Shown here piece by piece: positions 9,713 through 19,481 of a stretch of DNA of 64,000 nucleotides; position 1 is the first letter of the stretch, and the number at the start of each line of letters is the position of its first letter. Under the pieces are notes generated by a model, which was not told the DNA's origin, ran no database searches, and saw only the letters and a list, made by a program, of their open reading frames with translations. This DNA is from a virus (lineage: Duplodnaviria; Heunggongvirae; Uroviricota; Caudoviricetes), in the IMG/VR virus record IMGVR_UViG_3300049203_000077, positions 1 through 64,000 of that record; one strand, given 5' to 3'. Position numbers and translations under genes: made by a program.

Positions 9713-9898
9713 TTATGTTGTCTTGCCTTGAATTTTTAAGTAATGAATTTTCTGATCGTGACTGGCGGGGAAGATAATTGGTTCTCCACCCATTATTGTG
9801 CATAAATGTTCAGCTACATCTTCTCTTGTAATTACACCATTTACTACAACAATAGGATTTGGAGAAAATGCTGTATTTAAAGATGTTAAAAAGTCCAT
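9713..9898 (-). CDS. hypothetical protein
   Basis: 61-aa ORF. Confidence 0.25.
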   Translation of the reverse strand: MDFLTSLNTAFSPNPIVVVNGVITREDVAEHLCTIMGGEPIIFPASHDQKIHYLKIQGKTT

Positions 9899-9904
9899 AA
9901 TTTA

Positions 9905-9933
9905 AAATAAAAAGAGAAGGATTTCTCCTTCTC
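9905..9933 (-). terminator. intrinsic terminator (minus strand)
   Basis: Hairpin AGAAGGA-TTTC-TCCTTCT followed on the minus strand by a T-run; downstream of gene 9952..10140. Confidence 0.45.
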
Positions 9934-9951
9934 ATTGTTATAGATAGAGAA

Positions 9952-10140
9952 TCAGCATGAAGCCTGTTCAATATTCCTTAGATCCTCTTTAATGATATTT
10001 CTAATGTCAATAAAGAAAACAATTAGAGTAATACAGAGGAAGTAAATAGCGAAGAACCAGTGTTCAAAAAACATTGACCACATTGCCCAAGAAATCATAG
10101 TACTATAGAAAAATATGGTGTTTATGACAAATTTTTTCAT
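9952..10140 (-). CDS. small membrane protein
   Basis: 62 aa, two hydrophobic helices. Confidence 0.3.
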   Translation of the reverse strand: MKKFVINTIFFYSTMISWAMWSMFFEHWFFAIYFLCITLIVFFIDIRNIIKEDLRNIEQASC

Positions 10141-10146
10141 AGAGAG

Positions 10147-10398
10147 TTATTTACAATATTCTGGTTTTAACCTTCTTTCCGTAAGAATTCCGACAGCACT
10201 TGTCAAAATCTCTTCAGATTCTGGAACTTCTATCGGAACCTCCTCGAATGGGTCTTCATATTTTACCAACAAGATGTTTAGTTCATTTAAAAACCCCGGT
10301 AAATATTGTATCCTATCTATAACTTGCTGTACCAAAGTAGTTAAATTCTGACCTTCATTGATAAATTGAATGTATTCCGGGGTTAGGTTAGATTCCAT
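10147..10398 (-). CDS. hypothetical acidic protein
   Basis: 83-aa ORF. Confidence 0.35.
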   Translation of the reverse strand: MESNLTPEYIQFINEGQNLTTLVQQVIDRIQYLPGFLNELNILLVKYEDPFEEVPIEVPESEEILTSAVGILTERRLKPEYCK

Positions 10399-10437
10399 AA
10401 ATGTTTTTGATATGAAGAAAAGAGTTGTTTTTATAAA

Positions 10438-10647
10438 TTATGCAAGAGAAGTATCAAATTGAATACCATCAAACTTACAAAAGTTATGACAACTGCATTC
10501 CGGTAATCCGGGATTATTCTCTTTACATTTAGCCTTACAGTATGTACTTTCAGGGTTATGTAAAAGATTCTTCAATCTTATAGCTTTTGGTTTGGTGTAA
10601 ACTAAGAATAATGCTGTTGCAATATCCTTATAATCATTCTTTTCCAT
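10438..10647 (-). CDS. hypothetical Cys-rich small protein
   Basis: 69 aa with CKAKCKEN...ECSCHNFC. Confidence 0.3.
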   Translation of the reverse strand: MEKNDYKDIATALFLVYTKPKAIRLKNLLHNPESTYCKAKCKENNPGLPECSCHNFCKFDGIQFDTSLA

Positions 10648-10681
10648 AATTTACATTTAAAACAACTCTTTTCAAAAATTT

Positions 10682-11548
10682 TTATTCTAAACCAGAAAGA
10701 CGCTTCTTCTTATACTCCTCTATGAGAGCAGTACCTTGTTCTTCGCTTAAAGCGTTAGCAGCACTCATCTTGGTGAGCTGCGGTGCTACGTCACGTTGGA
10801 ACTGTTCAACATTAGAAGTATACTCAGCAATTGATGATTCGATTTGAAGAATCGACTCATTGTATCGCTGAAGTTCAGGAGAATCTTTCTGTAAAAATGC
10901 CTTAGCAGAGTCCGTAGCAGTGCTTAGTTCTTTCATCATTTTGTAATATTCGGCCTTAGCATCTAATGTACTTTTAAGTATCTCTGTATCGGCAGTCCAA
11001 GCCTCATGTAGCTCTTGTAGGGATTTTTCCTGGGCTTTGATAAAATCAAGTTTAGGTAATAGCTCATTAATTTGCTGATCTAGTAAACCAACTTTAGCTT
11101 TTGCCACTTTAATAATACCAGGAGCAGCATTTTGTTCTTCCATTTTTACTGCCTTAGCCTTATTTTCTTCACATTCCTTTATCATTGCATTGATAGAACG
11201 GCTGGTAGAAATCTTAATTTCTCCGATTTTGAGAATACTGATATGTAGCTCATCAATTTTACGCACCATGTATGCATGATACTGGTATAAATACCAAAGC
11301 TTGTCAGAAGATATGATTTTCTTGGTCATATCCCACGACAATTTCTTGAAAAGCGTCCAGATAATCTCGTAATTCCATACAAGAAAGAGTAATGGAATAC
11401 CCAATGCTGCCGCAATCCACAAGTTGGTGAAGATTGTAATTAATGGGGGTAGTAGTAAGTAAAGGATCACAAGTACGCCTACTAATACGATTGCAGCAAT
11501 GAATTTTTGAGTGGAGTTTGTTAAATCCACTGTTTTCATGTTTATCAC
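10682..11548 (-). CDS. membrane-anchored coiled-coil protein
   Basis: 288 aa; two N-terminal TM helices then a long heptad-rich region. Confidence 0.45.
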   Translation of the reverse strand: MINMKTVDLTNSTQKFIAAIVLVGVLVILYLLLPPLITIFTNLWIAAALGIPLLFLVWNYEIIWTLFKKLSWDMTKKIISSDKLWYLYQYHAYMVRKIDELHISILKIGEIKISTSRSINAMIKECEENKAKAVKMEEQNAAPGIIKVAKAKVGLLDQQINELLPKLDFIKAQEKSLQELHEAWTADTEILKSTLDAKAEYYKMMKELSTATDSAKAFLQKDSPELQRYNESILQIESSIAEYTSNVEQFQRDVAPQLTKMSAANALSEEQGTALIEEYKKKRLSGLE

Positions 11549-11763
11549 TTCTTATACAGATTTAGTGGTATAATAATCTCTCGCGTTTCTTCATCTGCGT
11601 GTGAATGATTCGCTTCTACAAATATTAGTTTATCCTCATTCTTTTCATAGAAAATAGGATTAACTCCTTCAGCATCATTTACGTACCAATCCGCAAATGA
11701 TTGGGCTTGAGCGAGAGTTTCAAACCCATCAAATATTACTTTGAATTTACCCTTCATTACCAT
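11545..11763 (-). CDS. hypothetical protein
   Basis: 72-aa ORF with start/stop overlap to neighbours. Confidence 0.35.
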   Translation of the reverse strand: MVMKGKFKVIFDGFETLAQAQSFADWYVNDAEGVNPIFYEKNEDKLIFVEANHSHADEETREIIIPLNLYKK

Positions 11764-11978
11764 TCATTTAGAAGTTCAACTTCTTTTCTCACATCCCTCC
11801 AGTAGTTGCTAGTTAAAGGTGGTAATTGATCTACGAATATCTCAATTATACCATCACAATGTTCTAAAGCATCTTCTTTGGAGTTGAAGCGAGAAGAGAG
11901 CCAAGTAGCTCTCTGTTTCGGTGTTTGTTTGGGTGGTGAAGTAATTTCACCTTTTTGATCCCGGAAGATTACCTTCAT
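11757..11978 (-). CDS. hypothetical protein
   Basis: 73-aa ORF. Confidence 0.35.
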   Translation of the reverse strand: MKVIFRDQKGEITSPPKQTPKQRATWLSSRFNSKEDALEHCDGIIEIFVDQLPPLTSNYWRDVRKEVELLNEW

Positions 11979-11998
11979 ACTTGTTAGTACTTAGCACA

Positions 11999-12262
11999 TT
12001 AATTGGTTGTGGATTCCATATGTTCTATATACCCACTACTCTTGCCGGTTGAATGATAGGTATCAGATTGCATTTTACCTGAACAGTCTGACCAGTAAAT
12101 ATATCGGCTTCCATCTTCAAACCGGTACACTTTACAACCATCCTTTTCAAATAAAAGCTCTACATTGAAATCTCCACTATGAGTCACTTCTTGTGCTTCA
12201 TTCATACAACCAATTACGGTGAAGAGGAAGAATACTAATGTAAATAATAATAGTCGGTTCAT
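11999..12262 (-). CDS. small lipoprotein
   Basis: 87 aa; signal peptide ending in a lipobox-like VIGC. Confidence 0.4.
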   Translation of the reverse strand: MNRLLLFTLVFFLFTVIGCMNEAQEVTHSGDFNVELLFEKDGCKVYRFEDGSRYIYWSDCSGKMQSDTYHSTGKSSGYIEHMESTTN

Positions 12263-13053
12263 TACTTATCTACGGATTTGATAAAGAATGGAGCAGAACC
12301 GTAAATAGGTGTATGACCATCCCATTTTTCAATAAATTGTTGTTGTAAGAGAGCAGGTGTAATACCTCTTTGTCGTTTAAGATCACCTTCAGCTTGTAAA
12401 TCGTAAAGCTCGTTCTTCTTCTTTTGTTCTGCAATTTGTTGATCTAATACTGACAGGTTAGTATTTACTTCATTACGACTGTCGATCTTAGATTTTACTT
12501 TATCACTAAAATCGAGCTGGCAAGAGAAGCTTTCAAGCTTTAAACCTTTTTTCTCAAACTCATTTCGCACAATATTCTCTACATCTTTCTCAAACCTTAA
12601 AGAACCAGAGTTGGCCATTAATGTATCAGTAACGTACTTACGGCTCTCTTCTTTAGCGAGATCACGAATTTTCATTTCAAGGATATTATCCTCTAATGAC
12701 TTCATGAATGTGTCGCCAGAACCTAGCTGTTTGTTCTGAAATACCACATCAACAGCGCGATTTTCTATAACTGTGTAGCTATAGGAAGGCTGAGCAGTAA
12801 TTTCAGTGTTATCAGCAGTTTTTAGGTGCATCTTTTCTTCAAAGCCACCACGTTGTTCCCATAAAGGAACTTGGAATAGTTCTGTGCCGGGAGAAGAAAC
12901 ATTAACACGTCCTTTAGTAGTGCTGAAGTCAGATTTACCGTTTTTACCATAGTTTTCCATAAGTACACCAATGTAATTCGGTGCTACACGTTCACAGGCT
13001 ATAAATGTCAAGGCAGAAATAAGAGCAAAAAATGCAATAATGAGCTTTTTCAT
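12262..13053 (-). CDS. lipoprotein with SPFH/band-7 (prohibitin/flotillin)-like domain (tentative)
   Basis: 263 aa; signal peptide plus lipobox FIAC; then a beta-rich segment followed by a long helical KxKxxxE region like the SPFH domain with its flotillin-like coiled coil. Confidence 0.4.
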   Translation of the reverse strand: MKKLIIAFFALISALTFIACERVAPNYIGVLMENYGKNGKSDFSTTKGRVNVSSPGTELFQVPLWEQRGGFEEKMHLKTADNTEITAQPSYSYTVIENRAVDVVFQNKQLGSGDTFMKSLEDNILEMKIRDLAKEESRKYVTDTLMANSGSLRFEKDVENIVRNEFEKKGLKLESFSCQLDFSDKVKSKIDSRNEVNTNLSVLDQQIAEQKKKNELYDLQAEGDLKRQRGITPALLQQQFIEKWDGHTPIYGSAPFFIKSVDK

Positions 13054-13054
13054 C

Positions 13055-13216
13055 TTAAAGATGTTTGTTAATTAGGTGCTTAATGTAGTAATAAATTCCA
13101 ATAATACCTGCAATAGCTGCACCAAAGGCTACCCATGCATTAAAGAAATTAAAGATTTTTGGGACAACTAAAGCGAAAAAAACTATCGCTAACAGTCCAA
13201 ATAAAACATATTTCAT
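13055..13216 (-). CDS. small membrane protein
   Basis: Track ORF 13055..13285; an internal Met (MKYVLFGLL) at 13216 avoids overlap with the upstream gene; two TM helices. Confidence 0.35.
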   Translation of the reverse strand: MKYVLFGLLAIVFFALVVPKIFNFFNAWVAFGAAIAGIIGIYYYIKHLINKHL

Positions 13217-13226
13217 GATAAAAATT

Positions 13227-13433
13227 TTACCATTTAGCTTCTTTGTTCCAGTTAAGGTCGCTAAAATAAAGCACGCAAAATACAATAATTCCTAGTAACC
13301 ATGATGCAAGAATAGCGTAAATAATTGTAAATGCTCTAGATTTTATTGTCCAATTATTTTCTTTTCTAAACATTTTTCTGGATACAAAGTAGCTAAATAA
13401 TGTTCCAATTATCCAAATAATTAAAATCCACAT
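13227..13433 (-). CDS. small membrane protein
   Basis: 68 aa, two hydrophobic helices. Confidence 0.35.
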   Translation of the reverse strand: MWILIIWIIGTLFSYFVSRKMFRKENNWTIKSRAFTIIYAILASWLLGIIVFCVLYFSDLNWNKEAKW

Positions 13434-13445
13434 AAAAATGCTTTA

Positions 13446-13510
13446 AAAAAGCATGAGAGGTGGATACTTTGCCGGCAATTGTCATCACACATTCGCATCT
13501 CATGCTTTTT
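13446..13510. repeat. 13-bp perfect inverted repeat with 39-nt spacer
   Basis: AAAAAGCATGAGA at 13446..13458 pairs with TCTCATGCTTTTT at 13498..13510; it lies between the phosphohydrolase gene and the membrane-protein genes. Confidence 0.5.
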
Positions 13511-13540
13511 GTTTAGAGTATATTGGAGTTAAAACGGGGC

Positions 13541-14533
13541 TTAGTTCATTGACAGTAGGTAACCAATAGTGAAATTGGCATCCCCGTCAAAAATGTAGTT
13601 CTGGCACTTAGCGGTTTCGTAGATTGCCCGGTAAATGTTCAATCCTGATTTCTTCTTAACATCATCACCGGCGCTATAATTATCGGGATTAGCGAGAGCA
13701 GTAAACCGTTCATTTCCACTACGGGATTCTTTGGCAAGTGTATAAGGCACCCCACCAATAAGAAAACAATTGCTACGCAGATTAGCAGGAATCTTATTAC
13801 AAGCAGTGACAACTTCATTATATACCTCCTGGTCAGTTTTACCTATTGCAAAATATTTAGCACCGGGACATTCAACTGTTTTAAGACGATCGCCTTCATA
13901 CCAGTTGATTTTTGTATTACCCGATCCAATATCAACAGTGAAACTATTACTCCTGTAATTCTTTGGTAGTAAAGCTTTTAGAGCAAATTTACCCTCCTGA
14001 TCTGCTGTCACTTCATTAATTACGAAGCCTTTCTCACGAATAGCTTGCATCACCATGCTAATATTCTTAACCTTCATGGCACCGGATGATACTACGAATT
14101 GAATATTGCGACCGGCAACACCTTTATTAGCAATAGAAGCAATATACTTCTTCATTTGGGTATAAATGTCGGAAGTGTTTGCGAAGCCCTCCCAGGCCAG
14201 GGATTCTCCAAATTCTTTTGATACAAGTTCCCAGTTTTTGTCTTTGTCAATGTCAACAACAAAGGCGTTGAATCCAGATGCACCTACTTCGATGACACCT
14301 TTTCGAACGCCGTTCATTACAGGTTCAAGTTGAATATTTAAACTATTAGCTTGAGCTTTAGCAATATCTCCACCCTGCAAGGACGTGCTGGTTATATTTA
14401 CAGAAGTGCTATTAGGAACAATTGTTTGAATAGCATCTGGTTTTACAGGATCAGGATTCTTCCATTTATAATATTTGTAACTACCAAGACCTACTATTAA
14501 AAGAATTACTACAATAGGAATACTCTTTTTCAT
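13541..14533 (-). CDS. membrane-anchored Ppx/GppA-NTPDase-like nucleoside phosphohydrolase (ASKHA fold)
   Basis: Start set at MKKSIPIVVILLIVGLG (signal anchor; track ORF extends to 14626). EVGASGFNAFVVDID resembles the Ppx/GppA DLGSNSFR and NTPDase ACR1 motifs; DIGSGNTKI resembles DxGGGST (ACR4). Confidence 0.5.
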   Translation of the reverse strand: MKKSIPIVVILLIVGLGSYKYYKWKNPDPVKPDAIQTIVPNSTSVNITSTSLQGGDIAKAQANSLNIQLEPVMNGVRKGVIEVGASGFNAFVVDIDKDKNWELVSKEFGESLAWEGFANTSDIYTQMKKYIASIANKGVAGRNIQFVVSSGAMKVKNISMVMQAIREKGFVINEVTADQEGKFALKALLPKNYRSNSFTVDIGSGNTKINWYEGDRLKTVECPGAKYFAIGKTDQEVYNEVVTACNKIPANLRSNCFLIGGVPYTLAKESRSGNERFTALANPDNYSAGDDVKKKSGLNIYRAIYETAKCQNYIFDGDANFTIGYLLSMN

Positions 14534-14685
14534 GCTGAAAAGAAATTTAAGAATTAAAAAAAATATTTGTTCAAAAAATTTTTTACTGGGATATACCCTT
14601 ATAGAATAGACCGGCAGAACATACAAAGATCATCATGCCAAATATTGCCGACAAATCACCTTTGTTTGCAAGCTCACATCCATAA

Positions 14686-14955
14686 TTAAAGACAAAACCC
14701 CCACAAATTACAATACCAATTCGGAAGCACCATTTGTTGAGATTCATACTCTTCTTTTTTGGGAATGAATGAGTTAAATTGTGCCGTATAATACTCAACT
14801 AGGTCAAACTCCAGTGAGGATTTCTTAAGGAGTTCGATAGCTTGTTCTGCAACAGCTTCTTGTTGTATAGAAGATTTTAAGCCTTGTATAAAGCCTAATA
14901 TCTCAGTAAATGTGTAGAAGCTGTATGGTTTACCAATCAACGATATTTTCAACAT
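14686..14955 (-). CDS. hypothetical protein
   Basis: 89-aa ORF; its 3' end overlaps a different-frame ORF, 14583..14798, that would encode a 2-TM peptide. Confidence 0.3.
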   Translation of the reverse strand: MLKISLIGKPYSFYTFTEILGFIQGLKSSIQQEAVAEQAIELLKKSSLEFDLVEYYTAQFNSFIPKKEEYESQQMVLPNWYCNLWGFCL

Positions 14956-15056
14956 ATGTAGGTTTTAAAAAAAATAGGGAGTTAATATTTGTTAACTCCC
15001 TACACCACAACTTGTTAAAAAATAAGGAATTACATTGCTAATGTCTACCTACTGGT

Positions 15057-15617
15057 TTATTCACCGTTGGGTACACGAGCATTTTCATGCATCATTCCGG
15101 CTTGCTCATTTGTGATGCTATTAATCTTTTTTGCGTTTAATATCGCCTCCACCTCATCGGCGCTGCGTATCAACGTATCCTTTGCATTTTCATCTTCTAC
15201 AAGTATTTGTTGCATGTAGATAGGATGAAATACGTTATTAATGGTGAATCCAACCTGCTCACCATTGCTGGGGTTGATTTTAGGATTCTGGTTAGGATAG
15301 AAGGGTTTCAGAGATTCTTTTTGGATGATCCTGCCAGGCACTTCGCTTCCAGCTTTAAGCTTGTTCTGTTTAACAATACTCTCCAATTCCTCAATAGTGC
15401 CAGAAATAAATGCTACTCTGTTAGCACCGTTAAGAAATGTACCATTCATCACACGAACGCTTTGAGTGAGCATAATACTACCAATTGGGCGATCCCGGTT
15501 ATCTGTTCTTGGATTACCTTGCTCGTCTCTGAAAGGTTTAATAATTGGTGCACCCTCTTCACTAACAGCGATCATAACTTTAGAGCCTCGGGTTAGAAAA
15601 TTTAACATAGTGGACAT
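15057..15617 (-). CDS. hypothetical protein
   Basis: 186-aa ORF. Confidence 0.4.
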   Translation of the reverse strand: MSTMLNFLTRGSKVMIAVSEEGAPIIKPFRDEQGNPRTDNRDRPIGSIMLTQSVRVMNGTFLNGANRVAFISGTIEELESIVKQNKLKAGSEVPGRIIQKESLKPFYPNQNPKINPSNGEQVGFTINNVFHPIYMQQILVEDENAKDTLIRSADEVEAILNAKKINSITNEQAGMMHENARVPNGE

Positions 15618-15649
15618 AATAAAATAAGATAAATTGTTTACAAATCAGA

Positions 15650-15850
15650 TTAACAATCAGCAGAACTAAGTTTATGTCGTGGGACATATATCTTTCTTCC
15701 ATCCTGTGCAGTAATTTTAACCATATCACAGGGAAGGTTGGGATAATCCTTCTTAAGGAATTCCTTCTCCGGACATATTAATGTGTTATTTTTCACTGCA
15801 AATAATGGAACCTTGGTTAGCGATTGACTCCGTGGGGCGTGAAATTTCAT
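15650..15850 (-). CDS. hypothetical protein
   Basis: 66-aa ORF. Confidence 0.3.
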   Translation of the reverse strand: MKFHAPRSQSLTKVPLFAVKNNTLICPEKEFLKKDYPNLPCDMVKITAQDGRKIYVPRHKLSSADC

Positions 15851-15973
15851 AAAACTGTTATGTATTTATGGATTCCATAAAATACTGGTCTCAGTCTTAT
15901 TTTTAGTTCTTAGGTGGTTTACAGATGTAGTTAATACTGAAATCTTGCGTAATATCTGTAAATATAATAACTT

Positions 15974-16240
15974 CTACGAGGCTTGTTTGATGCTTACGCT
16001 GTTCTTCACAATGCTACATACAAACACCTCATCGTTTGGTAACATATGTATAATTACACTCTTGTCCAGTGTCATAGCCTTGTTAGGACCAAGTTTCTGT
16101 AAGTAATGTAATTCTTCCTTCTCAACACCATCTGTTCGTGTATATAATGTACGGTTTACAGCGAAGATGTGTGATCTTGGAATCTGTACAAATTTACTAA
16201 GGGTTTCTTGCTTTGTTATCATAAATTCACAATTAAGCAA
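15974..16240 (-). CDS. hypothetical protein
   Basis: 88-aa ORF. Confidence 0.35.
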   Translation of the reverse strand: MLNCEFMITKQETLSKFVQIPRSHIFAVNRTLYTRTDGVEKEELHYLQKLGPNKAMTLDKSVIIHMLPNDEVFVCSIVKNSVSIKQAS

Positions 16241-16694
16241 TTAGGGTAAAGTTAAGGACATAGTAGAGAATACTCAGGAGATAAACAAATATAACTCTTG
16301 TTCGTCTATCTGGAGAAGGGGTTTATAGTAAACTCTTGCAGGCCGCTGTCGTCTATTGTTGTGCTTAGGTTTCTTTCTCCGTGTTAACCAATATCTACCC
16401 TTCTTATCTTTGAGTACTACTAACGATCGTTTTCTTTTGATAATTTCCATACTTAAGATTTTATTCTCTACTGTGTCCCACTAATAGGGACAGATGTAGT
16501 TCTTCATAGATGAAATTAGTTTGGGTGGAAGTTAAATTGCGTAAATTTCATAGCCATTGAACTCTCCATAAGAGCGTCCAATGCTGGATTACCAGTCTTC
16601 TCCTTATTGCAGATTAGTTCCTGGGAATACAGTTTCTTAAATTCTTTCTCGTCCAAAGATTCCTTAAGGGTAAAAGAAATCATACGGTGGGGTT

Positions 16695-16730
16695 TAATAA
16701 AGAATAAAGGAAGAGGATTTCTCCTCTTCC
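16695..16730 (-). terminator. intrinsic terminator (minus strand)
   Basis: Hairpin GGAAGAGGA-TTTC-TCCTCTTCC with a T-run on the minus strand, downstream of gene 16741..17376; shares the GGATTTCTCC core with the terminator at 9905..9933. Confidence 0.45.
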
Positions 16731-16740
16731 TAAAATCAGT

Positions 16741-17376
16741 CTACTCTCCTCGTGGCTGATTAAATGCACCAGCTAGTGTGCTAACTGGTTGTCCGCCTTC
16801 CGGACTTATTGGTTGATTGGGTGGATTGTCACTAAATCCTCTATTAGGATTGCTTGTTCTTTGAACCCTTGCAGCACCCACTGCAGCACCAAACAACCGA
16901 TTAGGTTCCATTTGTGCTAACACATTGTTATCCATACGCATATCCACATCATCTTCCATTTTGTCACTGATCCATGTCTTAAAGTAGGTAGGTTTACCAT
17001 CAATAATACGTGGATCCTTGTCAAGCTGTTGCGTAATCTGTGGAGTGCTAAATAATCCTCTGTTAATGTGTCCAGGGAATTCCCTGTCAATAGGGAATAG
17101 TCCTATCATCTCAGCTTTAACAGGATGTGAATGTGTACGCAACTGACTAAGCCCTACATTCTCACCGGTAATAGCACTTAAAAAGGCTGAAGTTTCAGAC
17201 ATACCCTTGTCTGCACCATCTCTACCTTCCTCAATGAATGTAACTACAATCATCTCAGTCCATGTACCAGTAACTGGATTTTGCACGTTAATAGTATTTC
17301 CGTGCCTTAAAACTTTGATCATAACTGAAAATTTTAATGTTAACGAATAGAATGCACATTGTTCATTACTGAACAA
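16741..17376 (-). CDS. hypothetical protein
   Basis: 211-aa ORF; an alternative start at Met19 (17322) is possible. Confidence 0.4.
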   Translation of the reverse strand: MFSNEQCAFYSLTLKFSVMIKVLRHGNTINVQNPVTGTWTEMIVVTFIEEGRDGADKGMSETSAFLSAITGENVGLSQLRTHSHPVKAEMIGLFPIDREFPGHINRGLFSTPQITQQLDKDPRIIDGKPTYFKTWISDKMEDDVDMRMDNNVLAQMEPNRLFGAAVGAARVQRTSNPNRGFSDNPPNQPISPEGGQPVSTLAGAFNQPRGE

Positions 17377-17421
17377 TTCGTTCTCTACAAATCAATGTTA
17401 ACATTAAATAGGCTGAGACAT

Positions 17422-17727
17422 TTAAATAGTCTCTTTTTCAGTTATAGCTACAATATCATCTGCGAATTTCTCGCAATTTATTAAAAACCCTGTAAAATAT
17501 TGTTTTCCCATGCTTACAAGTATATTGTAAACACTTGAACCAATTCGTGTTATTACAGGAAGTTTATAATAAATAAATACCGCGTAATCCTCATTTAACT
17601 CCATACATTTAACTTTTTTTATTAGAAAATGTTGGATGAAGGGGTACGCTACAATAGTATTACTTAAGGTGGCAAATGCAGAAATCTCCTTTGTTATCAA
17701 CTGGATTTCTACATCCTTCTTTCGCAC
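17422..17727 (-). CDS. hypothetical protein
   Basis: 101-aa ORF. Confidence 0.3.
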   Translation of the reverse strand: MRKKDVEIQLITKEISAFATLSNTIVAYPFIQHFLIKKVKCMELNEDYAVFIYYKLPVITRIGSSVYNILVSMGKQYFTGFLINCEKFADDIVAITEKETI

Positions 17728-17896
17728 ATATTGGTTGATGCCAATGACAATACTTACTGTCCTTTGGAATCATTCTGCACGAATCACCGTTTTTCTTAAC
17801 TCCTAAACAATGCCCTTTAGGCAACGGCTTCTTATCCTGAAACGCCATAGCGATCAGTGATAAGAACACCACACTGAGAAACAGTAGATTTTTCAT
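17660..17896 (-). CDS. small secreted Cys-rich protein
   Basis: 78 aa; signal peptide, then 8 Cys with CHWH/CICH motifs. Confidence 0.35.
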   Translation of the reverse strand: MKNLLFLSVVFLSLIAMAFQDKKPLPKGHCLGVKKNGDSCRMIPKDSKYCHWHQPICAKEGCRNPVDNKGDFCICHLK

Positions 17897-18168
17897 TGTT
17901 AATAAATTTTGTGTTTGAGCGCCTAATCTGTTAATTGGCCTAAACCTAATAACTTGAAGATGTCATGGACTCGGATTTCTCCTACCAATTTCATTTAAGA
18001 TGGGATTTGCACCCAAGCACTCTTCTTGTTATTAGACCTATGAAGTAATTGCGAATTAACTCCATATGCACACAAGTGTAAACCAAAATCTTATATGACA
18101 CATGTAAGAGCTTCATGACCACCTAAATTTGGAAAATCTAGCAATCCACTCTTACATACGTCATATAA

Positions 18169-18444
18169 TTAGAAATCTTCGTACACAATATCCTCTGTGT
18201 TAGGATATTCTACTTGCCCTTCTTCATCTGGTATTTCGTGTAATGCAGGCTTCATTGAAGGTTCTGCAGTGAGCTTGTAGTCGAATAGGGTTGAATTCTC
18301 ATGAAGTTCATTTGCATAAATGAATTCACGAGTTCTTGTTAAAGCTTGCGCTTTTGTCTTCGTTTTTACACCGAACGAAATGGTCTCCTCATTTGTAGGG
18401 TCATTACTTTTGTAAATGACCACATACCTTGTTTTCGTTGTCAT
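18169..18444 (-). CDS. hypothetical protein
   Basis: 91-aa ORF. Confidence 0.35.
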   Translation of the reverse strand: MTTKTRYVVIYKSNDPTNEETISFGVKTKTKAQALTRTREFIYANELHENSTLFDYKLTAEPSMKPALHEIPDEEGQVEYPNTEDIVYEDF

Positions 18445-18562
18445 AATCTAATAATTAAAGAATAGTGGATGCCTAATTCTGAGGTAAGCACAGGTCTTTT
18501 TCTCAAACTCCTAAGAAAGGCACCCACCATAGACTTATGAGCAACTACTATCAGCTGCTCAA

Positions 18563-19261
18563 TTACTTACCAATTCCTTCCCATATAGGAATGGAATATT
18601 TCTTTGTTTTTTTATCACATTTAAAATTCATTAATTCACTTATCTTTCCTTCCTTCTCTTTTTGAATTACAAAGCGATCAATTACTGTTGGATCATCAAT
18701 TTCAAAGGATATTGTTACATCACCTGTCTTCTCATCATATTTAGTACTGTATGCAATATACTTAATAGGAAGTATTTGCATAGTAATATTAATAATGAGT
18801 GTACTGGAATTGGGACAATCATTACCAATATGTTGACCTTGTACCTTAATTTTACCAATCTTTGCATCACCAATAAGTTCAAATGTTTTTACCTCATTAG
18901 CTAGCAATAGATTGTTATTAGGGCTTATTTCATCAATCGTAAGACCATCCCATCCCCAGTTTAGGGTCATATCACAGGATATTTTACTGGTTACTCTCAC
19001 CATGTAGTGAGCATGACCATTAATATTGCTAAAGGACATAAGCTCTGCTTTGAGCTTATCATCCTCAGCTATTACAAGACCAACTGTCTCTGTCCTTGCA
19101 TACATCCATGGAGTTCCAGTGGTATCAGTGCTTATTGCGAGCACATTATAATACGCTTTTTGATGTTCCTGCTTAACAGATTCATTTGATTTTGTACATG
19201 CTACTGTGAGCATAATAATACTGAATACGGACGCTAATAAATAGCTTAAAATAGACTTCAT
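18563..19261 (-). CDS. lipoprotein
   Basis: 232 aa; signal peptide with lipobox LTVAC. Confidence 0.45.
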   Translation of the reverse strand: MKSILSYLLASVFSIIMLTVACTKSNESVKQEHQKAYYNVLAISTDTTGTPWMYARTETVGLVIAEDDKLKAELMSFSNINGHAHYMVRVTSKISCDMTLNWGWDGLTIDEISPNNNLLLANEVKTFELIGDAKIGKIKVQGQHIGNDCPNSSTLIINITMQILPIKYIAYSTKYDEKTGDVTISFEIDDPTVIDRFVIQKEKEGKISELMNFKCDKKTKKYSIPIWEGIGK

Positions 19262-19481
19262 ACGATTTAGTTAGAGATAATTAAAGCAATGTAATGCAGA
19301 ATACCTGCTGCAATCAGGACATAAGCGATAGTGTTATTCGTTGGGATATTGTTTTCCATTATTTCTCTTTCTTATTAGGTAGAGAATAACAGCTATAATA
19401 GTAGCTGCAATAAGGAAATAAATTGATACTGAGAGATTTCCACTCTCTACATCAGTAATCATTGATTAATGGATTTAAGTG

